Shown here one piece after another: positions 10,160 to 24,100 of a stretch of 64,000 nt of DNA. The stretch covers positions 352,001-416,000 of the forward strand of contig CAXXQS010000001.1 in assembly GCA_963674735.2 (NCBI GenBank). The letters are read 5' to 3'. The first letter of the stretch is position 1. Each line of letters starts with the position of its first letter. The stretch is from Myxococcota bacterium (lineage in GTDB: Bacteria > Myxococcota_A > SURF-8). The notes beneath the pieces were generated by a model that made no database searches, was not told the origin of the DNA, and worked only from the letters and a program-made list of their open reading frames with translations. Made by a program: the position numbers and the translations under genes.

Positions 10160-11638
10160 ATGAATTATCCGGTTTGGGACCTTCCTTTCCTGGGCAGCGG
10201 AATTGTCGTGGCGATTATCGCCGTGATCCACGTGCTGATTTCCCATTTCGCCGTTGGGGGCGGGGCGTTTCTGTTCGTGGCCGAGTGGTGGTCGGGAAAC
10301 GATCCCGACGGCGACCGCATCCGTGCCTGGCTGCATAAATTTCTCACCTTTTTCCTGGTGTTTACCACCGTTTTCGGGGCTATCACCGGCGTGGGTATCT
10401 GGTTCTCGATTCAACTCGCCAGCCCCGAGGCCACCAGCCTCCTGATCCATCAGTTCGTCTTCGCCTGGGCGGCGGAGTGGGTGGTGTTCCTGGCTGAACT
10501 GACCATTTTGTACTTCTACTACTACGGTTGGAAGGCCAACTCGCGCCGCATGCAGGTGTTTCTGTCCGGTGCCTATTTCGTTATCAGCTGGTTCTCGCTG
10601 TTCATCATCGTCGGGATCTTGGGCTTCATGCTCACGCCGGGCAACTGGACGCTCGAAAATCCCAGCGTGTATGAGGGCTTCTTCAATCCAACCTACTGGC
10701 CGATGCTGTTCGGGCGTACCCTGATCATGTTTTTGCTGGCCGGACTCGGCGGGTTGGTGATTGCCAGCCGCATCGAGCACGAAGCATTCAAAACCCGCAT
10801 CGTGCATTTCTGTGTGAAGTGGGTCATCCCGGCTGCTTTTTTGATTCCGATTTTCGCCTACTGGTATTGGACGGCCTTACCCGAAAACACGGTGAAGCTG
10901 GTCACGGGAGGCGTGACGGGCGTGATGGGCGGCAAAATGGAATCCATCACGACCTATGCCATTTTGCTGAGTGTGTCCGGTGCGGTGATCATGCTCAGTG
11001 CGTTGCTATTGGCCATTCGGCCCCAGGCTTTGACCCGCGCGGCGGCGGTGGCGTTGCTGTTGGTGGCGTTGCTGGGTATTATGGGCGGCGAGTTCTTCCG
11101 TGAAATGGCGCGCAAGCCATACGTGGTTTACGGCTATCTCTACTCCAACTCACTTTGGAAACACAAGGCGGATGAGCCGGGGTATCTGGCCAAGCCTTAC
11201 TTCGAGGCGTCCCGCTGGGATCCGCCGGTGGAAGCGTTGAGTCCACAGCACGGCGAGTGGTTGTTCCGGCTGCAATGCGCCAACTGCCACACTTTGAACG
11301 GTTATCGCTCGCTGACGACGCGTACCGTCAACTGGAGTGGCGAATTCGGGTATTCCTGGCTCGACCAGACCATGCCCACCCAGGGCGTCATGCCGCCGTT
11401 TCAGGGGTCTCGGGAAGACAAAGCTGCGCTGTCCGCTTATCTGATCTCGCTGCAGAGTGAGGGGGAAAAACAAACGGCCTCCGAAATTCTGGCGGTGCTT
11501 AAAGCCAAGGAGGTCGCCAAGCTCGAAAAGGAAGCGGCCGTGCCTTCCCCCGCTGTGGCGAACGACCCGGTGCCTGCGAAGGAGTCTCCCGAAAATCAGC
11601 CCGATGTTCAGCCGACCGGAGAGGGGGTGTTGCCATGA
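10160..11638 (+). CDS. Cytochrome bd subunit I (CydA)-like membrane protein fused to C-terminal cytochrome c
   Basis: IHVLISHFAVGGG, GAITGVGIW, WAAEWVVF, EFFREMARKPY; CANCH heme site plus MPPF distal Met. Confidence 0.8.
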   Translation: MNYPVWDLPFLGSGIVVAIIAVIHVLISHFAVGGGAFLFVAEWWSGNDPDGDRIRAWLHKFLTFFLVFTTVFGAITGVGIWFSIQLASPEATSLLIHQFVFAWAAEWVVFLAELTILYFYYYGWKANSRRMQVFLSGAYFVISWFSLFIIVGILGFMLTPGNWTLENPSVYEGFFNPTYWPMLFGRTLIMFLLAGLGGLVIASRIEHEAFKTRIVHFCVKWVIPAAFLIPIFAYWYWTALPENTVKLVTGGVTGVMGGKMESITTYAILLSVSGAVIMLSALLLAIRPQALTRAAAVALLLVALLGIMGGEFFREMARKPYVVYGYLYSNSLWKHKADEPGYLAKPYFEASRWDPPVEALSPQHGEWLFRLQCANCHTLNGYRSLTTRTVNWSGEFGYSWLDQTMPTQGVMPPFQGSREDKAALSAYLISLQSEGEKQTASEILAVLKAKEVAKLEKEAAVPSPAVANDPVPAKESPENQPDVQPTGEGVLP

Positions 11639-12789
11639 CCGCGTTGACGTTGATACACAGCTGGCAGCAAACCGTCACCCAGGTGATCATGCCTTCCGCC
11701 GATCCACTCGGCTATCCGGTGCCGCCGCTGTTCCTCCAACTGTTGGCCTATCTCACGCTGGCGATCCACTTGTTGGCCATGAATTTCACCCTTGGGGGTG
11801 CGGGGCTGTACTTGTGGACGCGCGTTCGCAAGGGCGCGCATGCAGATGGACAGGCGCGCTATCTGGGCGGTTCGTTGCCGCTGGGATTCTCGTATCTGGT
11901 AACCTTCGGCATTCCGCCGCTGCTGTTCGTCCAGGTGATGTACGGCCAGATGTTCTACTCCACCTCCGTGTTGCTCGGGGTCTTCTGGATCATGGTGATT
12001 CCGCTGTTGATCATGGCGTATGCCGCCTTCTACTACCACAAGCTGACCCGCGTAAGCCACCCCGGCGAATTGCCCTGGCTGCCCATCGCCATCGGATTCG
12101 CGGGCATGCTGGCCGTGGGTTTCATCTATGTCAACAACCTGACCCTGACGCTCACCCCGGAAAAGTGGAGCGCCATCTATGCCGCCGATCCGAGCGGGGC
12201 CAATCTCAATCTCGACGAACCGACCCTGATTCCGCGCTTTCTGCTGTTTATCGTTCCGGCGCTGGCCGTGGCCGGGCTGGGGTTGATCTTTCGCGGAACC
12301 GTGTTGTTGCGCTGGGGGCTGTCCGAAGAAGGACGGGCCTCGCAGCGTTTCGGAATCAAGGCGATGGTGGTTGGCTTGGTTTTGGAACTTTTCGCCGGTA
12401 TCGCCGTGGCGCTCACGCTGCCCGAGACGGTGGCGGCGCAGGCCTTCAGCGGGATGCCGCTTCTTCTGCTGGGAGCCGGGGTCATTCTGGTGACGGTGGC
12501 GGTGACGATGGCCGGTTTGTCTCTCGGGCGCAGCGCGCTGTTATTCCCCGTCGCATCGGCGACGTTGTTGCTGCTCGGCGTTGCATTCATGGCTGCTTTT
12601 CGCGATCAGGTGCGCTTGGCCTACCTGGTGTCATCGTTCAGCCTGTCGGACGTTCCGGTGCTTACTCAGTGGGGCATGTTCGGGATATTCCTGGCCACGT
12701 TCCTGGTCGGTACGGTCTTTTTGATCGTGGTTTTGGTCAAGGTGGCGGGCAATATCGCACGGCGTTCGCGGGAGGAATTGACCGCCTGA
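11635..12789 (+). CDS. Polytopic membrane protein, likely partner subunit of the CydA-like cytochrome
   Basis: About 9-10 TM segments, IHLLAMNFTLGG, GIPPLLFVQVMYG; ATGA overlap with upstream gene. Confidence 0.8.
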   Translation: MTALTLIHSWQQTVTQVIMPSADPLGYPVPPLFLQLLAYLTLAIHLLAMNFTLGGAGLYLWTRVRKGAHADGQARYLGGSLPLGFSYLVTFGIPPLLFVQVMYGQMFYSTSVLLGVFWIMVIPLLIMAYAAFYYHKLTRVSHPGELPWLPIAIGFAGMLAVGFIYVNNLTLTLTPEKWSAIYAADPSGANLNLDEPTLIPRFLLFIVPALAVAGLGLIFRGTVLLRWGLSEEGRASQRFGIKAMVVGLVLELFAGIAVALTLPETVAAQAFSGMPLLLLGAGVILVTVAVTMAGLSLGRSALLFPVASATLLLLGVAFMAAFRDQVRLAYLVSSFSLSDVPVLTQWGMFGIFLATFLVGTVFLIVVLVKVAGNIARRSREELTA

Positions 12790-12823
12790 TCTTTCGAAGG
12801 ACCGCATCCTGAATGTTACCTTT

Positions 12824-12851
12824 AAGCCGCCTGCGGGCGGCTTGTTTTTTT
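12824..12851 (+). terminator. Intrinsic terminator
   Basis: AAGCCGCC-TGCG-GGCGGCTT followed by T-run. Confidence 0.85.
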
Positions 12852-12880
12852 GGGCGTGACAAAATCCGAAATAGACTGGC

Positions 12881-12915
12881 TTGCATCGGTATCCTACTTT
12901 CAGTATGGTAAGGAT
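12881..12915 (+). promoter_or_regulatory. sigma70-type promoter of copZA with overlapping imperfect palindrome (CsoR-like operator)
   Basis: TTGCAT-N17-TATGGT; TATCCTAC-TTTCA-GTATGGTA spans spacer and -10. Confidence 0.5.
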
Positions 12916-12940
12916 GCATATTGGTTGAAAGGATGAAGCG

Positions 12941-13147
12941 ATGAACGAGAAAACATTTGTAGTTCCGAATATTTCATGCGGTCATTGCGCCCTGGCTATC
13001 AAAAACGAACTGGGCGATCAGCCCGGAATCGACGTGGTTGATATCGACTCCGCGACCAAACAGGTGACCGTCCGCTGGGACGACCCGGCCAGTTGGGACG
13101 GCATCGTCGAGAGTTTGAAGGAAATCGGCTATCCCCCGGCGGCGTGA
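12941..13147 (+). CDS. copZ: Copper chaperone (HMA domain)
   Basis: VPNISCGHC motif, C-terminal EIGY, directly upstream of P1B ATPase. Confidence 0.88.
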   Translation: MNEKTFVVPNISCGHCALAIKNELGDQPGIDVVDIDSATKQVTVRWDDPASWDGIVESLKEIGYPPAA

Positions 13148-13160
13148 GACCGAAGCCGCC

Positions 13161-15425
13161 ATGACATCTTCAAAAAATCAGGTTTCCGGCGACTGTCGCG
13201 CCGAATTCGCCGTGATCGGCATGACCTGCGCCAACTGTGCCATGAACGTGGAGCGGACGCTTTTGCGCAAAGTTCCCGGAGTTGCGTCGGCGGCGGTCAA
13301 TCTGGCCACCGAACGGGTCGAGGTTTGTTACGACCCGCGACAGGCTGACTTCGAGGTGTTGTCCAAGGCCGTCGCCAAAGCCGGTTTCCAGTTGGTCGAA
13401 ACCGCCGACGAGGATGACGGACCCGATGAAGAGCAGGCGGCCCGTGCGGCCGAACTGAAACGCGAAGGGCGCGCGCTGGCGGTGGGCTTGCTGTTGACCG
13501 TGCCGTTATTCGTGATCAGTATGGGGCGCGACTTCGGGGTTTGGGGCGACTGGGCGCAGGCTGACTGGGTGAATACCCTGTTCTTCCTGCTGGCGACGCC
13601 GGTGCAGTTGTACGTGGGCTGGGGTTATTATGTCGGTGGTTTCAGAAGCCTGCGTTCCGGCGTGGCCAACATGGATGTGCTGGTGGCGTTGGGGTCCAGT
13701 GTGGCCTATGTCTACTCGCTTGTTGTCTGGCTTGCTCCGGGACTCAACGGACATGTTTATTTCGAAACCTCGGCCATGATCATCACCCTCATCAAGGTGG
13801 GCAAATGGATCGAGGCGCGCGCGCGCGGCAAGACCTCCGGGGCGATTCGTGCGTTGATGGACCTCGCACCGCCCGTTGCCAGACGCATCGAGGCCGATGG
13901 TCGTGAGTTGGAACTGCGTGTGGAGCAGGTGCGGGTGGGCGACCGGCTGGCCGTGCGTCCCGGCGAACGTTTGCCGGTGGACGGCGTGGTGCTGGCCGGT
14001 ACCTCGGCGGTGGATGAAAGTTTGATAACCGGCGAGCCCATCCCGGTGGACAAAACGCCCGGCGACCCGGTTTTCGGGGCGACGTTGAATCATCAGGGGC
14101 GGCTAGAAATCGAGGCGAAAGCCGTGGGACGCGAAACGTTGCTGGCGCAGATCGTGCGGCTGGTCCGGCGCGCTCAGGGAAGCAAGGCTCCCATGCAGCG
14201 ACTGGCGGATCGGGTGGCGGCGGTATTCGTCCCGGCTATCCTCGTCATCGCCTTCATCACGTTTCTGGTCTGGTGGAGCGTCGGTGGCGATTTCACCCCG
14301 GCTCTGATTCGCATGGTGGCGGTCTTGGTGATCGCCTGCCCCTGTGCCATGGGACTCGCCACGCCGACGGCGATCGTGGTGGGGATGGGCAAGGGCGCGC
14401 AACAAGGTATTTTATTCAAAGACAGTGCGGCGCTTGAGCGTGCGGGACGCATCGAGACGGTTCTGCTGGACAAGACTGGAACGCTTACGGCCGGGCGGCC
14501 ACAGGTGACGGATGTCCTGTCTTTGGGTGATTTCGAGGTTGCGGAAGCCTTGGCTTGGGCGGCGGGGGCTGAACGGGCTTCCGGCCATCCTCTGGCATTG
14601 GCCATCGTCGAAGAAGCGAAGCGGCGCGGACTCCCCGAGTTGAGTTCCCAGGACGCGCTTGAAACGAGCGGCGTCGGCGTCACGGCGCGGGTGGACAATC
14701 ATGACTTGTGGGTGGGGCGTCCCGAATCGTTTTCGCCTGCCCGGCAGACGGCGGAGGTGATCGACTCTACGGCGCGGTTGGCAGGGGAGGGCAAGTCGCT
14801 GGTGTTGGCTGCCGTGGACGGTCGGCCTGCTTTGCTGGTGGCGTTGGCCGATCCTCCCAAGCCCGGTGCAGCGGAGGCGGTGGCGGGTTTGCAGCGTTTG
14901 GGATTACGGGTGGTGATGCTCTCCGGCGATCGGCGCGTCGCCGCGGAAAACGTCGCGTCTCAGGTGGGGATTCGTCACGTATTGGCCGAAGTCAAACCCG
15001 ACGGCAAAGAAACTGAAGTGCTGCGTGAACAGAACGAGGGACGTGTGTGCGTGGCCATGGTCGGCGATGGTATCAACGACGCACCGGCCCTGGCGCGAGC
15101 GGATGTTGGCATCGCCATCGGATCGGGAGCGGATGTCGCCAAGGAAACCGCTGCCGTCACGTTGGTGGGTGGGGATCTGCTGGGAGTCGTCCGCTCCATC
15201 CACCTATCCAGACAAACGATGGTGACGATTCGGCAAAATCTATTTTGGGCCTTCTTTTACAATGTCACGTTGATTCCGGTGGCGGCGGGACTGTTTCACG
15301 GGGTCGAAAGCTTGCCTGGGTTTATCCGCGATCTGCATCCCGCTATGGCGGCGGGTGCCATGGCTATCTCCAGTGTGACGGTGGTATTGAACAGTCTGCG
15401 ACTGGCCGGTAAACAAACCGGTTAA
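13161..15425 (+). CDS. copA: Copper-translocating P1B-type ATPase
   Basis: [31 protein letters not shown] and MAISS Cu(I)-type signatures. Confidence 0.95.
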   Translation: MTSSKNQVSGDCRAEFAVIGMTCANCAMNVERTLLRKVPGVASAAVNLATERVEVCYDPRQADFEVLSKAVAKAGFQLVETADEDDGPDEEQAARAAELKREGRALAVGLLLTVPLFVISMGRDFGVWGDWAQADWVNTLFFLLATPVQLYVGWGYYVGGFRSLRSGVANMDVLVALGSSVAYVYSLVVWLAPGLNGHVYFETSAMIITLIKVGKWIEARARGKTSGAIRALMDLAPPVARRIEADGRELELRVEQVRVGDRLAVRPGERLPVDGVVLAGTSAVDESLITGEPIPVDKTPGDPVFGATLNHQGRLEIEAKAVGRETLLAQIVRLVRRAQGSKAPMQRLADRVAAVFVPAILVIAFITFLVWWSVGGDFTPALIRMVAVLVIACPCAMGLATPTAIVVGMGKGAQQGILFKDSAALERAGRIETVLLDKTGTLTAGRPQVTDVLSLGDFEVAEALAWAAGAERASGHPLALAIVEEAKRRGLPELSSQDALETSGVGVTARVDNHDLWVGRPESFSPARQTAEVIDSTARLAGEGKSLVLAAVDGRPALLVALADPPKPGAAEAVAGLQRLGLRVVMLSGDRRVAAENVASQVGIRHVLAEVKPDGKETEVLREQNEGRVCVAMVGDGINDAPALARADVGIAIGSGADVAKETAAVTLVGGDLLGVVRSIHLSRQTMVTIRQNLFWAFFYNVTLIPVAAGLFHGVESLPGFIRDLHPAMAAGAMAISSVTVVLNSLRLAGKQTG

Positions 15426-15451
15426 GCTGTTTTGTTGCACAAAAGGAAGGT

Positions 15452-15476
15452 GGGCGGCGGAACAAAGCCGCCGCCC
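15452..15476. terminator. Hairpin between convergent copA and MCP genes
   Basis: GGGCGGCGG-N7-CCGCCGCCC. Confidence 0.65.
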
Positions 15477-15493
15477 GTGGAGAGTGGAGCCTC

Positions 15494-17623
15494 TCAGAAG
15501 TCTTGCAAATCAGGATCATCCTCTAAGGGGATAATATCGCGGGGGCTGACATGGATGCCGCTTTTTTTCTCGGGGGCGGAGAAATTCGACATCCGTTGGG
15601 GGGTGTTTCGTTTGTGTGTCTTGGCTTGGTAGCCGTTCAACTTGAAGCGGCCGACCAGCGAGTTCAACTCTTGCGCCTGGCTCGATAGTTCTTCGGAAGC
15701 GCTGGACGACTCTTCGGCATTGGCGGCGTTTTGCTGAGTGACCAGGTTCATCTGGCTGATCGCCGAGTTGACCTGATCGATACCGTGGGACTGCTCAGCG
15801 CTGGCGGCGGTAATTTCATCGACGATACTGGTTACTTCACCGATACCATTGACAATTTCTCCCAAGTTTCCATGCACCTGTTTCGACATGCTTTCGCCGC
15901 CTTCCGCCAGGGTCATGGACTGGTTGATCAGTTCTTCCGTCTTTTTGGCGGCGTCTTTGGCGCGGCCGGCGAGGTTTCGTACTTCCTCGGCCACCACCGC
16001 GAAACCGCGTCCCGCTTCACCCGCGCGCGCCGCTTCCACGGCCGCGTTAAGCGCCAGCAGGTTGGTTTGGAAGGCGATCTCGTTGATGTCGCGAATGATC
16101 TGGGCGGTTCCCACCGCGGCCGAGCGGATTTGTGTCATGGCGGCCATCATCTCGTTCATGGCCTCGCTGCCACGGTCGGCGGCGTCTTTGGCTTGGCTCG
16201 CCTTGGTTTTGGCCTGATGGGTGTTGTCGGCGTTTTGGGCCACGATGCTGGACATTTCTTCCAGGGAACTGGATGTCTCTTCCAGGGACGAGGCTTGTTC
16301 CGATGCTCCCGAGGCTACGCCCTGCGAACCTTGCGCGATCTGGTCGCTGGCGGCGGCGATCTGCGTGACCGAGTCGGCTACTTGAATCATGGCTTTGTTC
16401 TGAGCGGTAACCGCTGAATTGAGATTTCGCATGATTTCCAGGAAGTCGCCGCTATACCCGCTTGTGTCGATTTGCGAGCTCAGATCATTGGCAGCCATTT
16501 TTTGTGCAAGATCCATGACATTGACGATGCATTTCTTGCGTTCACTGATGTCGAGTACATATTCGAGCGCACCGATGACATTGCCTTGTGTGTCGCGCAC
16601 CGGTGAACCGGTGTATTCGATAGGCATGTTCAGACCATGCGGGTCGGCGACGGTTTCGCCGTTGCGGATATCGTTGCTGTCCATTGCTTGTTTGCAGCGG
16701 CAATCGCCGGTGTTGCAGTGCGGCGTTTTGAACAGATCGTAGCATTTCCGCCCCTTGAGGGATTCCTGGTCCGCACCCAGGAGTCCGGCGCCGGTTTTGT
16801 TCATGTAGCGTACCGAGAATTGCTTGTCAATCACCATCACCGGAGTGGGGATGCTATCGAGGTAGCTGACCTTGATCAGGGCGTCTTCCATCGCGGCTTT
16901 GGTCTCGGTGATATCCACCACGTATTCCACGGCACCGATGATTTTGCCGTCTTTATCGCGGATGGGACCGCCGGTGTACTGGATCGGTAGATTGAGACCG
17001 CTGGGGTCGGCAACGGTTTCGCCCGTGCGAACGTCACCGGTTTCCATGGCTTGCTTGCAGCGGCATTCCGGTGTGTTGCAATGGGGGGTTTTGAACAGCT
17101 CGTAACACTTTTTGCCGACAACGCTTTCACGTGTCAATCCCACTAGTTTGGCCCCGAAATCGTTCATGTAAGTGACATTGAAGTTGGTGTCGATCTGCAT
17201 GATCGGGGTAGGAAGAGCGTTGATCGATTGACTGAGCTCGCCATAGAGCTCTTCCCACTTGCTGCCCGCATCCAAGACTCCGACCGCGCCGATGGGGTTG
17301 GGTTTGCCGTTGTATACCGGCTTTGCCTGGAAGCGGACCGTGAACGTCTCTTTGCTGGACGGATGTATTATATCAAAAGCTTCGATGATATCTTCCCGCT
17401 CATGTTTAAGCGCTTGGTCGGCAGGGGTAGAGCGCATACCGCGAAAGCCATCCGAGGCCGGTTTGCCGAGCATCTGGACAGCGGAGAGGCCGGTCAGTTC
17501 CGCTAAAGCTTCATTCCAGTAGGTCACTTTGCCTGCTTCGTTGATCGTAAACGCCGGTTTCGGAATGGCCGAGACGAGCAGGTTCTGCATTTTTCCATGT
17601 CCCAGTTTGTTCCACGGTGCCAT
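15494..17623 (-). CDS. Soluble methyl-accepting chemotaxis protein with three PAS domains
   Basis: No TM; PAS repeats, two with [17 protein letters not shown]; [34 protein letters not shown]; C-terminal LQDF. Confidence 0.95.
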   Translation of the reverse strand: MAPWNKLGHGKMQNLLVSAIPKPAFTINEAGKVTYWNEALAELTGLSAVQMLGKPASDGFRGMRSTPADQALKHEREDIIEAFDIIHPSSKETFTVRFQAKPVYNGKPNPIGAVGVLDAGSKWEELYGELSQSINALPTPIMQIDTNFNVTYMNDFGAKLVGLTRESVVGKKCYELFKTPHCNTPECRCKQAMETGDVRTGETVADPSGLNLPIQYTGGPIRDKDGKIIGAVEYVVDITETKAAMEDALIKVSYLDSIPTPVMVIDKQFSVRYMNKTGAGLLGADQESLKGRKCYDLFKTPHCNTGDCRCKQAMDSNDIRNGETVADPHGLNMPIEYTGSPVRDTQGNVIGALEYVLDISERKKCIVNVMDLAQKMAANDLSSQIDTSGYSGDFLEIMRNLNSAVTAQNKAMIQVADSVTQIAAASDQIAQGSQGVASGASEQASSLEETSSSLEEMSSIVAQNADNTHQAKTKASQAKDAADRGSEAMNEMMAAMTQIRSAAVGTAQIIRDINEIAFQTNLLALNAAVEAARAGEAGRGFAVVAEEVRNLAGRAKDAAKKTEELINQSMTLAEGGESMSKQVHGNLGEIVNGIGEVTSIVDEITAASAEQSHGIDQVNSAISQMNLVTQQNAANAEESSSASEELSSQAQELNSLVGRFKLNGYQAKTHKRNTPQRMSNFSAPEKKSGIHVSPRDIIPLEDDPDLQDF

Positions 17624-17870
17624 GATTTCTCCTCCATGAGAGTAGTTTTAAAGAAAGCAGCCTAATTAAACGCAACATCGATAACGACCAGGCCAACCCA
17701 CGTCTACTCTCATACAGCTAGGCCCATGCGCGACAGTTTCACAAACGCGGGGTCGAGTTTCTTGGCTCCAATTTCGATCGTCAGGTCTGTTCCGGGGCTT
17801 GTTAACGAACGCTGTTTTCCCCGGCCCTGTCCATCGAATGCCACATTGCCTAAATACCCAGTTGCCATAG

Positions 17871-17897
17871 ATAACGTCTGTTTTCCGATTTTCTTTA
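17871..17897 (-). promoter_or_regulatory. Possible sigma28 (FliA) promoter of MCP gene
   Basis: Minus strand TAAA-N15-GACGTTAT versus consensus TAAA-N15-GCCGATAA. Confidence 0.3.
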
Positions 17898-18391
17898 AAT
17901 ATATCTTTCAATGTTTACAACAATTTTATAAATATTTGAAAACACAGGTATAAACAGTCCTGTCGGGTTTGTGATAGGGATCATAAAAGTGACAACGAGG
18001 TAAAAACTCTCTTCACCGTGAAAATCCGGATCCTTCTAACAATGTCCTAACAATTGAGCGGCGTAAAATCCCGAAAGAGGGAAAAATCGAGCTAAATGTG
18101 CGTGGCAAAGCAGCGAAATCAGACACTCAGCGCCTCTGAAGGTTCTAAAAATTCTAATAATTGCATTGGCGGCGCTTCGATTTATCATCTACAATCGAAC
18201 TGAGAAGGAAGAGAATCGTTTCAAAGAATCTCTTTTTAGGAAGGTGCGGCTAAAAATCGGATGAATATGTTGAACATAATTTGGAATCGGGTAGCGACGG
18301 ATAAATTCGAAGTTATGCAATGTTTCGTTACCTTAAAGAGAGAAAGAAAGTGGCGGCAAAGGGGAAAATTGGAAGACGGGCCACAAAACGG

Positions 18392-18419
18392 TAAAGATTG
18401 CGCGGCATAAGGACGATAG
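18392..18419 (+). promoter_or_regulatory. Possible sigma28 (FliA) promoter of cheX operon
   Basis: TAAA-N16-GACGATAG upstream of cheX. Confidence 0.35.
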
Positions 18420-18544
18420 TCTAAATAACGAGGCTGTCTCCGAAATTGATGTTGAAATGGTAAATCGTCGTGGACTGGATTGGGGAGGCGGTAAAGGCTG
18501 TTAAAGATTTCATATCGATCTTGACGCATAACCGGGAGTAAATC

Positions 18545-19018
18545 GTGAGTATGATCGAAAAGTTTGTTAAGCCGTTTATTCAGGCCACCATAGAATGTTT
18601 CGATACGATGGTTGATGTCGTTCCGCAGCCGAAAAACGTACGGGCTGAATTGCCTCCGGTAGCGCAATCGCATATTTGCGCTCTGATCGGTCTGTCGGGT
18701 GATGCTCAAGGTATGGTGTCGCTAAGCTTTAATCTGGACGTTTCACTGGCCGTGGTCAGCAACTTTATCGGAGAGCCGGTAACGGAAAGCGGTGAGGAAG
18801 TCTATGATGCGATTGGTGAGATTCTCAATATTATCGCAGGGGCGGCGAAAGCGTTGATTGTTGATTCCAAGATCATGATATCACTACCTTCGATTATGCA
18901 TGGTGAGAAATTTTTCATGTCGGTTCCCAAGGATGTCCAGGTGGTGACCGTCAGCTTCGAGTTGCCGGATATCGGGGAGTTTGAGTTGGCCGTTGGGCTG
19001 AAAAACAGCAACGCTTGA
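18545..19018 (+). CDS. cheX: Chemotaxis phosphatase CheX
   Basis: KPFIQAT, LIGLSGDAQG, DAIGEILNIIAG (ExxN), ISLPS. Confidence 0.9.
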   Translation: MSMIEKFVKPFIQATIECFDTMVDVVPQPKNVRAELPPVAQSHICALIGLSGDAQGMVSLSFNLDVSLAVVSNFIGEPVTESGEEVYDAIGEILNIIAGAAKALIVDSKIMISLPSIMHGEKFFMSVPKDVQVVTVSFELPDIGEFELAVGLKNSNA

Positions 19019-19046
19019 GGTTATTTCCGTTTATCGGGAGGATACG

Positions 19047-19415
19047 ATGAAAATTCTTGTGGTCGATGATTCCAGCACGATGCGTAAGATCATTAAAAAG
19101 ACGATTCTTTTAGCGGGTGCTGATGAAGTGGTGGAAGCCGAGGATGGGCTCGATGCTTTGAAAAAGCTAAAAGAGCACGATCTGGGTTTTGATATGATCA
19201 TGCTGGACATCAACATGCCGAAAGTGGATGGCGTAACGACCCTGAAGCAACTCAAAGGCATGGAAAACACCAAGCATATACCCGTGGTGATGTGTACGTC
19301 GGAGGCTGAAAAAGAGATGGTGCTCGAATGCATCAAGGCTGGTGCCATGGATTATGTGGTCAAGCCGTTCACGAAAGAATTGATCGCCCAGAAGATTGCC
19401 AAAGTGAGCAAATAA
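19047..19415 (+). CDS. cheY: CheY-like single-domain response regulator
   Basis: [31 protein letters not shown]; follows cheX. Confidence 0.85.
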   Translation: MKILVVDDSSTMRKIIKKTILLAGADEVVEAEDGLDALKKLKEHDLGFDMIMLDINMPKVDGVTTLKQLKGMENTKHIPVVMCTSEAEKEMVLECIKAGAMDYVVKPFTKELIAQKIAKVSK

Positions 19416-19437
19416 CTCGAACCGACAGGCTTCAAGT

Positions 19438-22152
<2,715 letters not shown>

Positions 22153-22192
22153 CTGAAATACCGCGATAAGACATCTTTTTTACAACGTCCGT

Positions 22193-23926
22193 TTACTGCA
22201 GTCCATACTTTTTCATTTTCCGATACAGTGTAACCCGGCTCATGCCGAGGGCTCGTGCCGCTTGACTGCGATTGCCGTTGCTGCGGCTTAAGGCGTCGCG
22301 GATGCGTCCGGCTTCGTCGTCGGCGATGACGGATTCGGGGCGGTAGCGGGGGATGGGCTGGTCTGCGAGTTCCGGCGGCAGATCTTCGGCGCGGATGCGA
22401 CGACCGGGAGCCAGGGCCACGGCGTATTCGATGACGTTGACCAGTTCTCGCACGTTGCCGGGCCAGGCGTAAGCGGAAAGTCGGGCCAGTGCGGGAGGCG
22501 TGAACGTAAGACCGCTGCGGCCCCGGTCTTCCGATATCGTCGCTAAAAGTCGTGTGGCGAGCAGCGGCAGATCGGAGCTGCGCTCGCGCAGGGGTGGCAA
22601 GTGCAAAGGAATCACCTTGATCCGGTAGTAGAGGTCGTGGCGAAAACGCCCCGCTTCGATCTCCTGGAGCAGGTCGCGATTGGTGGCGGCCAGGATGCGC
22701 ACATCGGCGCGGCGGGTGCGGCTTTCGCCCACGCGTTGAAAATCGCGTTCTTGTAGAAAGCGCAATAGTTTGGCCTGCAAGGTCGCGGGCATCTCTCCGA
22801 TTTCATCCAGGAACAGGCTTCCGCTTTCGGCGGTCTCGATGCGTCCCAGCCGATCCTTGATTGCGCCGGTGAAAGCGCCGCGCACGTGCCCGAACAATTC
22901 GCTTTCGAGCAGCGTCTCGGGTAGGGCGGCGCAGTTGACCGCTTCGAAGGGTTGATCGCGCCGGGGGGACAAGCCGTGCAGGGCGCGGGCGGCCATCTCT
23001 TTCCCGGTCCCCGATTCGCCGGTAATCAGCACGGTGGCGTCGGTGGGGGCCACCTGCTCGATCAGCCGGAAAACCTGCCGCATGGGCGCGCTGAGGCCGA
23101 TCATGCCCATCAGTTGCGCTCCGCTTTCGGCCGGGGACAAACCCGCTTGCAGGCGGCGGTCTTCGAGCAGCAGCACCGAACCCACGACCGTCCCCGATTC
23201 ATCGCGCAACGGAACGGCCGTCTCCACGATCGGCAGCGATTCTCCCTCGTGCGACCGGATGCGTGTCAGCCGGGAGGCCTCCGGCTGTTCGTGCTCCAGA
23301 CAGTGCAGGGCCGGGCAGTCGTTCTTGCATAAAGACGAACCGATGACCACGTGACAGAAACGGCCCAGTGCGTCGGCGCTTTGAATGCCGGTGAGCGTCT
23401 CGGCACGCCCGGAAAAATGCGTGATACGCCATTCAGGGTCGATGGTTACCACCCCTTCGCGAATACTGCCCAGAATGGCCGTTTTGAGGCGCTCGCGGGT
23501 CTCGATCTCGCCACGTTGCAGGCGGCATTCTTCCATGCGTTGCAACAGCGCGGTGCGGTCGCGCAACAGTTCCACGCCGCCGATCACCGTTCCTTCCTCG
23601 TCCTTGAGCACGAAGGCGCTTTTCTCCACCTGCAGACGGCGGCCGTCGCGGGCGATGAGTTCCACCTCGGCCTTGTCGATTTGGCCTTTTTCGAACAGGT
23701 TGCAGCGCTCCAAACAGTTCTGGCAGCGAATACCCGCAAGACAGTGACGGCCCAGCACGTCGGCGGCCGGGTAGCCGGTAAGGTCTTCCGCCTGGCGATT
23801 CCAAAAAACAATCGTCTGGTTGCGGTCGATGACGAACATGGCGTCGCCGAGGGTATCGAGAAAGCGTCGCAGGGTTCCCGGCTCGCGGGTCAGGGTGGCG
23901 ATCAGGTCCACGGAAGTGGGTGACAT
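22193..23926 (-). CDS. sigma54-dependent transcriptional activator with two Cys-containing PAS domains (OrpR-like)
   Basis: [38 protein letters not shown], Fis HTH; PAS motifs [14 protein letters not shown] and [15 protein letters not shown]. Confidence 0.93.
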   Translation of the reverse strand: MSPTSVDLIATLTREPGTLRRFLDTLGDAMFVIDRNQTIVFWNRQAEDLTGYPAADVLGRHCLAGIRCQNCLERCNLFEKGQIDKAEVELIARDGRRLQVEKSAFVLKDEEGTVIGGVELLRDRTALLQRMEECRLQRGEIETRERLKTAILGSIREGVVTIDPEWRITHFSGRAETLTGIQSADALGRFCHVVIGSSLCKNDCPALHCLEHEQPEASRLTRIRSHEGESLPIVETAVPLRDESGTVVGSVLLLEDRRLQAGLSPAESGAQLMGMIGLSAPMRQVFRLIEQVAPTDATVLITGESGTGKEMAARALHGLSPRRDQPFEAVNCAALPETLLESELFGHVRGAFTGAIKDRLGRIETAESGSLFLDEIGEMPATLQAKLLRFLQERDFQRVGESRTRRADVRILAATNRDLLQEIEAGRFRHDLYYRIKVIPLHLPPLRERSSDLPLLATRLLATISEDRGRSGLTFTPPALARLSAYAWPGNVRELVNVIEYAVALAPGRRIRAEDLPPELADQPIPRYRPESVIADDEAGRIRDALSRSNGNRSQAARALGMSRVTLYRKMKKYGLQ

Positions 23927-23944
23927 GGGGCATTCTCCATCGAG

Positions 23945-24005
23945 TGTAACAGTGTATGTTTCATCTGTAACTACATGGTTAACGTGTAACAGCTAGCATG
24001 AAACA
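23945..24005. promoter_or_regulatory. Candidate upstream activator sequences (TGWAAC repeats)
   Basis: TGTAACA-N5-TGTTTCA (23945-63), TGTAAC (23966), TGTAACA (23985), TGAAACA (23999). Confidence 0.65.
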
Positions 24006-24056
24006 GTCTCGCTGTCAACTGGATAAAAATATCAGTAATATCAGCGGTGTAAGCTA

Positions 24057-24073
24057 TTGGCACGGATCTTGTT
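24057..24073 (+). promoter_or_regulatory. sigma54 (-24/-12) promoter
   Basis: TTGGCACGGATCTTGTT (GG-N10-GT variant of GG-N10-GC), ~27 bp before ATG 24101, next to divergent bEBP. Confidence 0.75.
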
Positions 24074-24100
24074 ATAGTTACAGGGTGAAAGGAGCACGCT

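Noticed and set aside
17624-18544. c-di-GMP riboswitch or small gene in the long MCP-cheX spacer
   Set aside because: No convincing GEMM consensus by eye and the short ORFs lack RBS or motifs; an Rfam scan would be needed to exclude it fully
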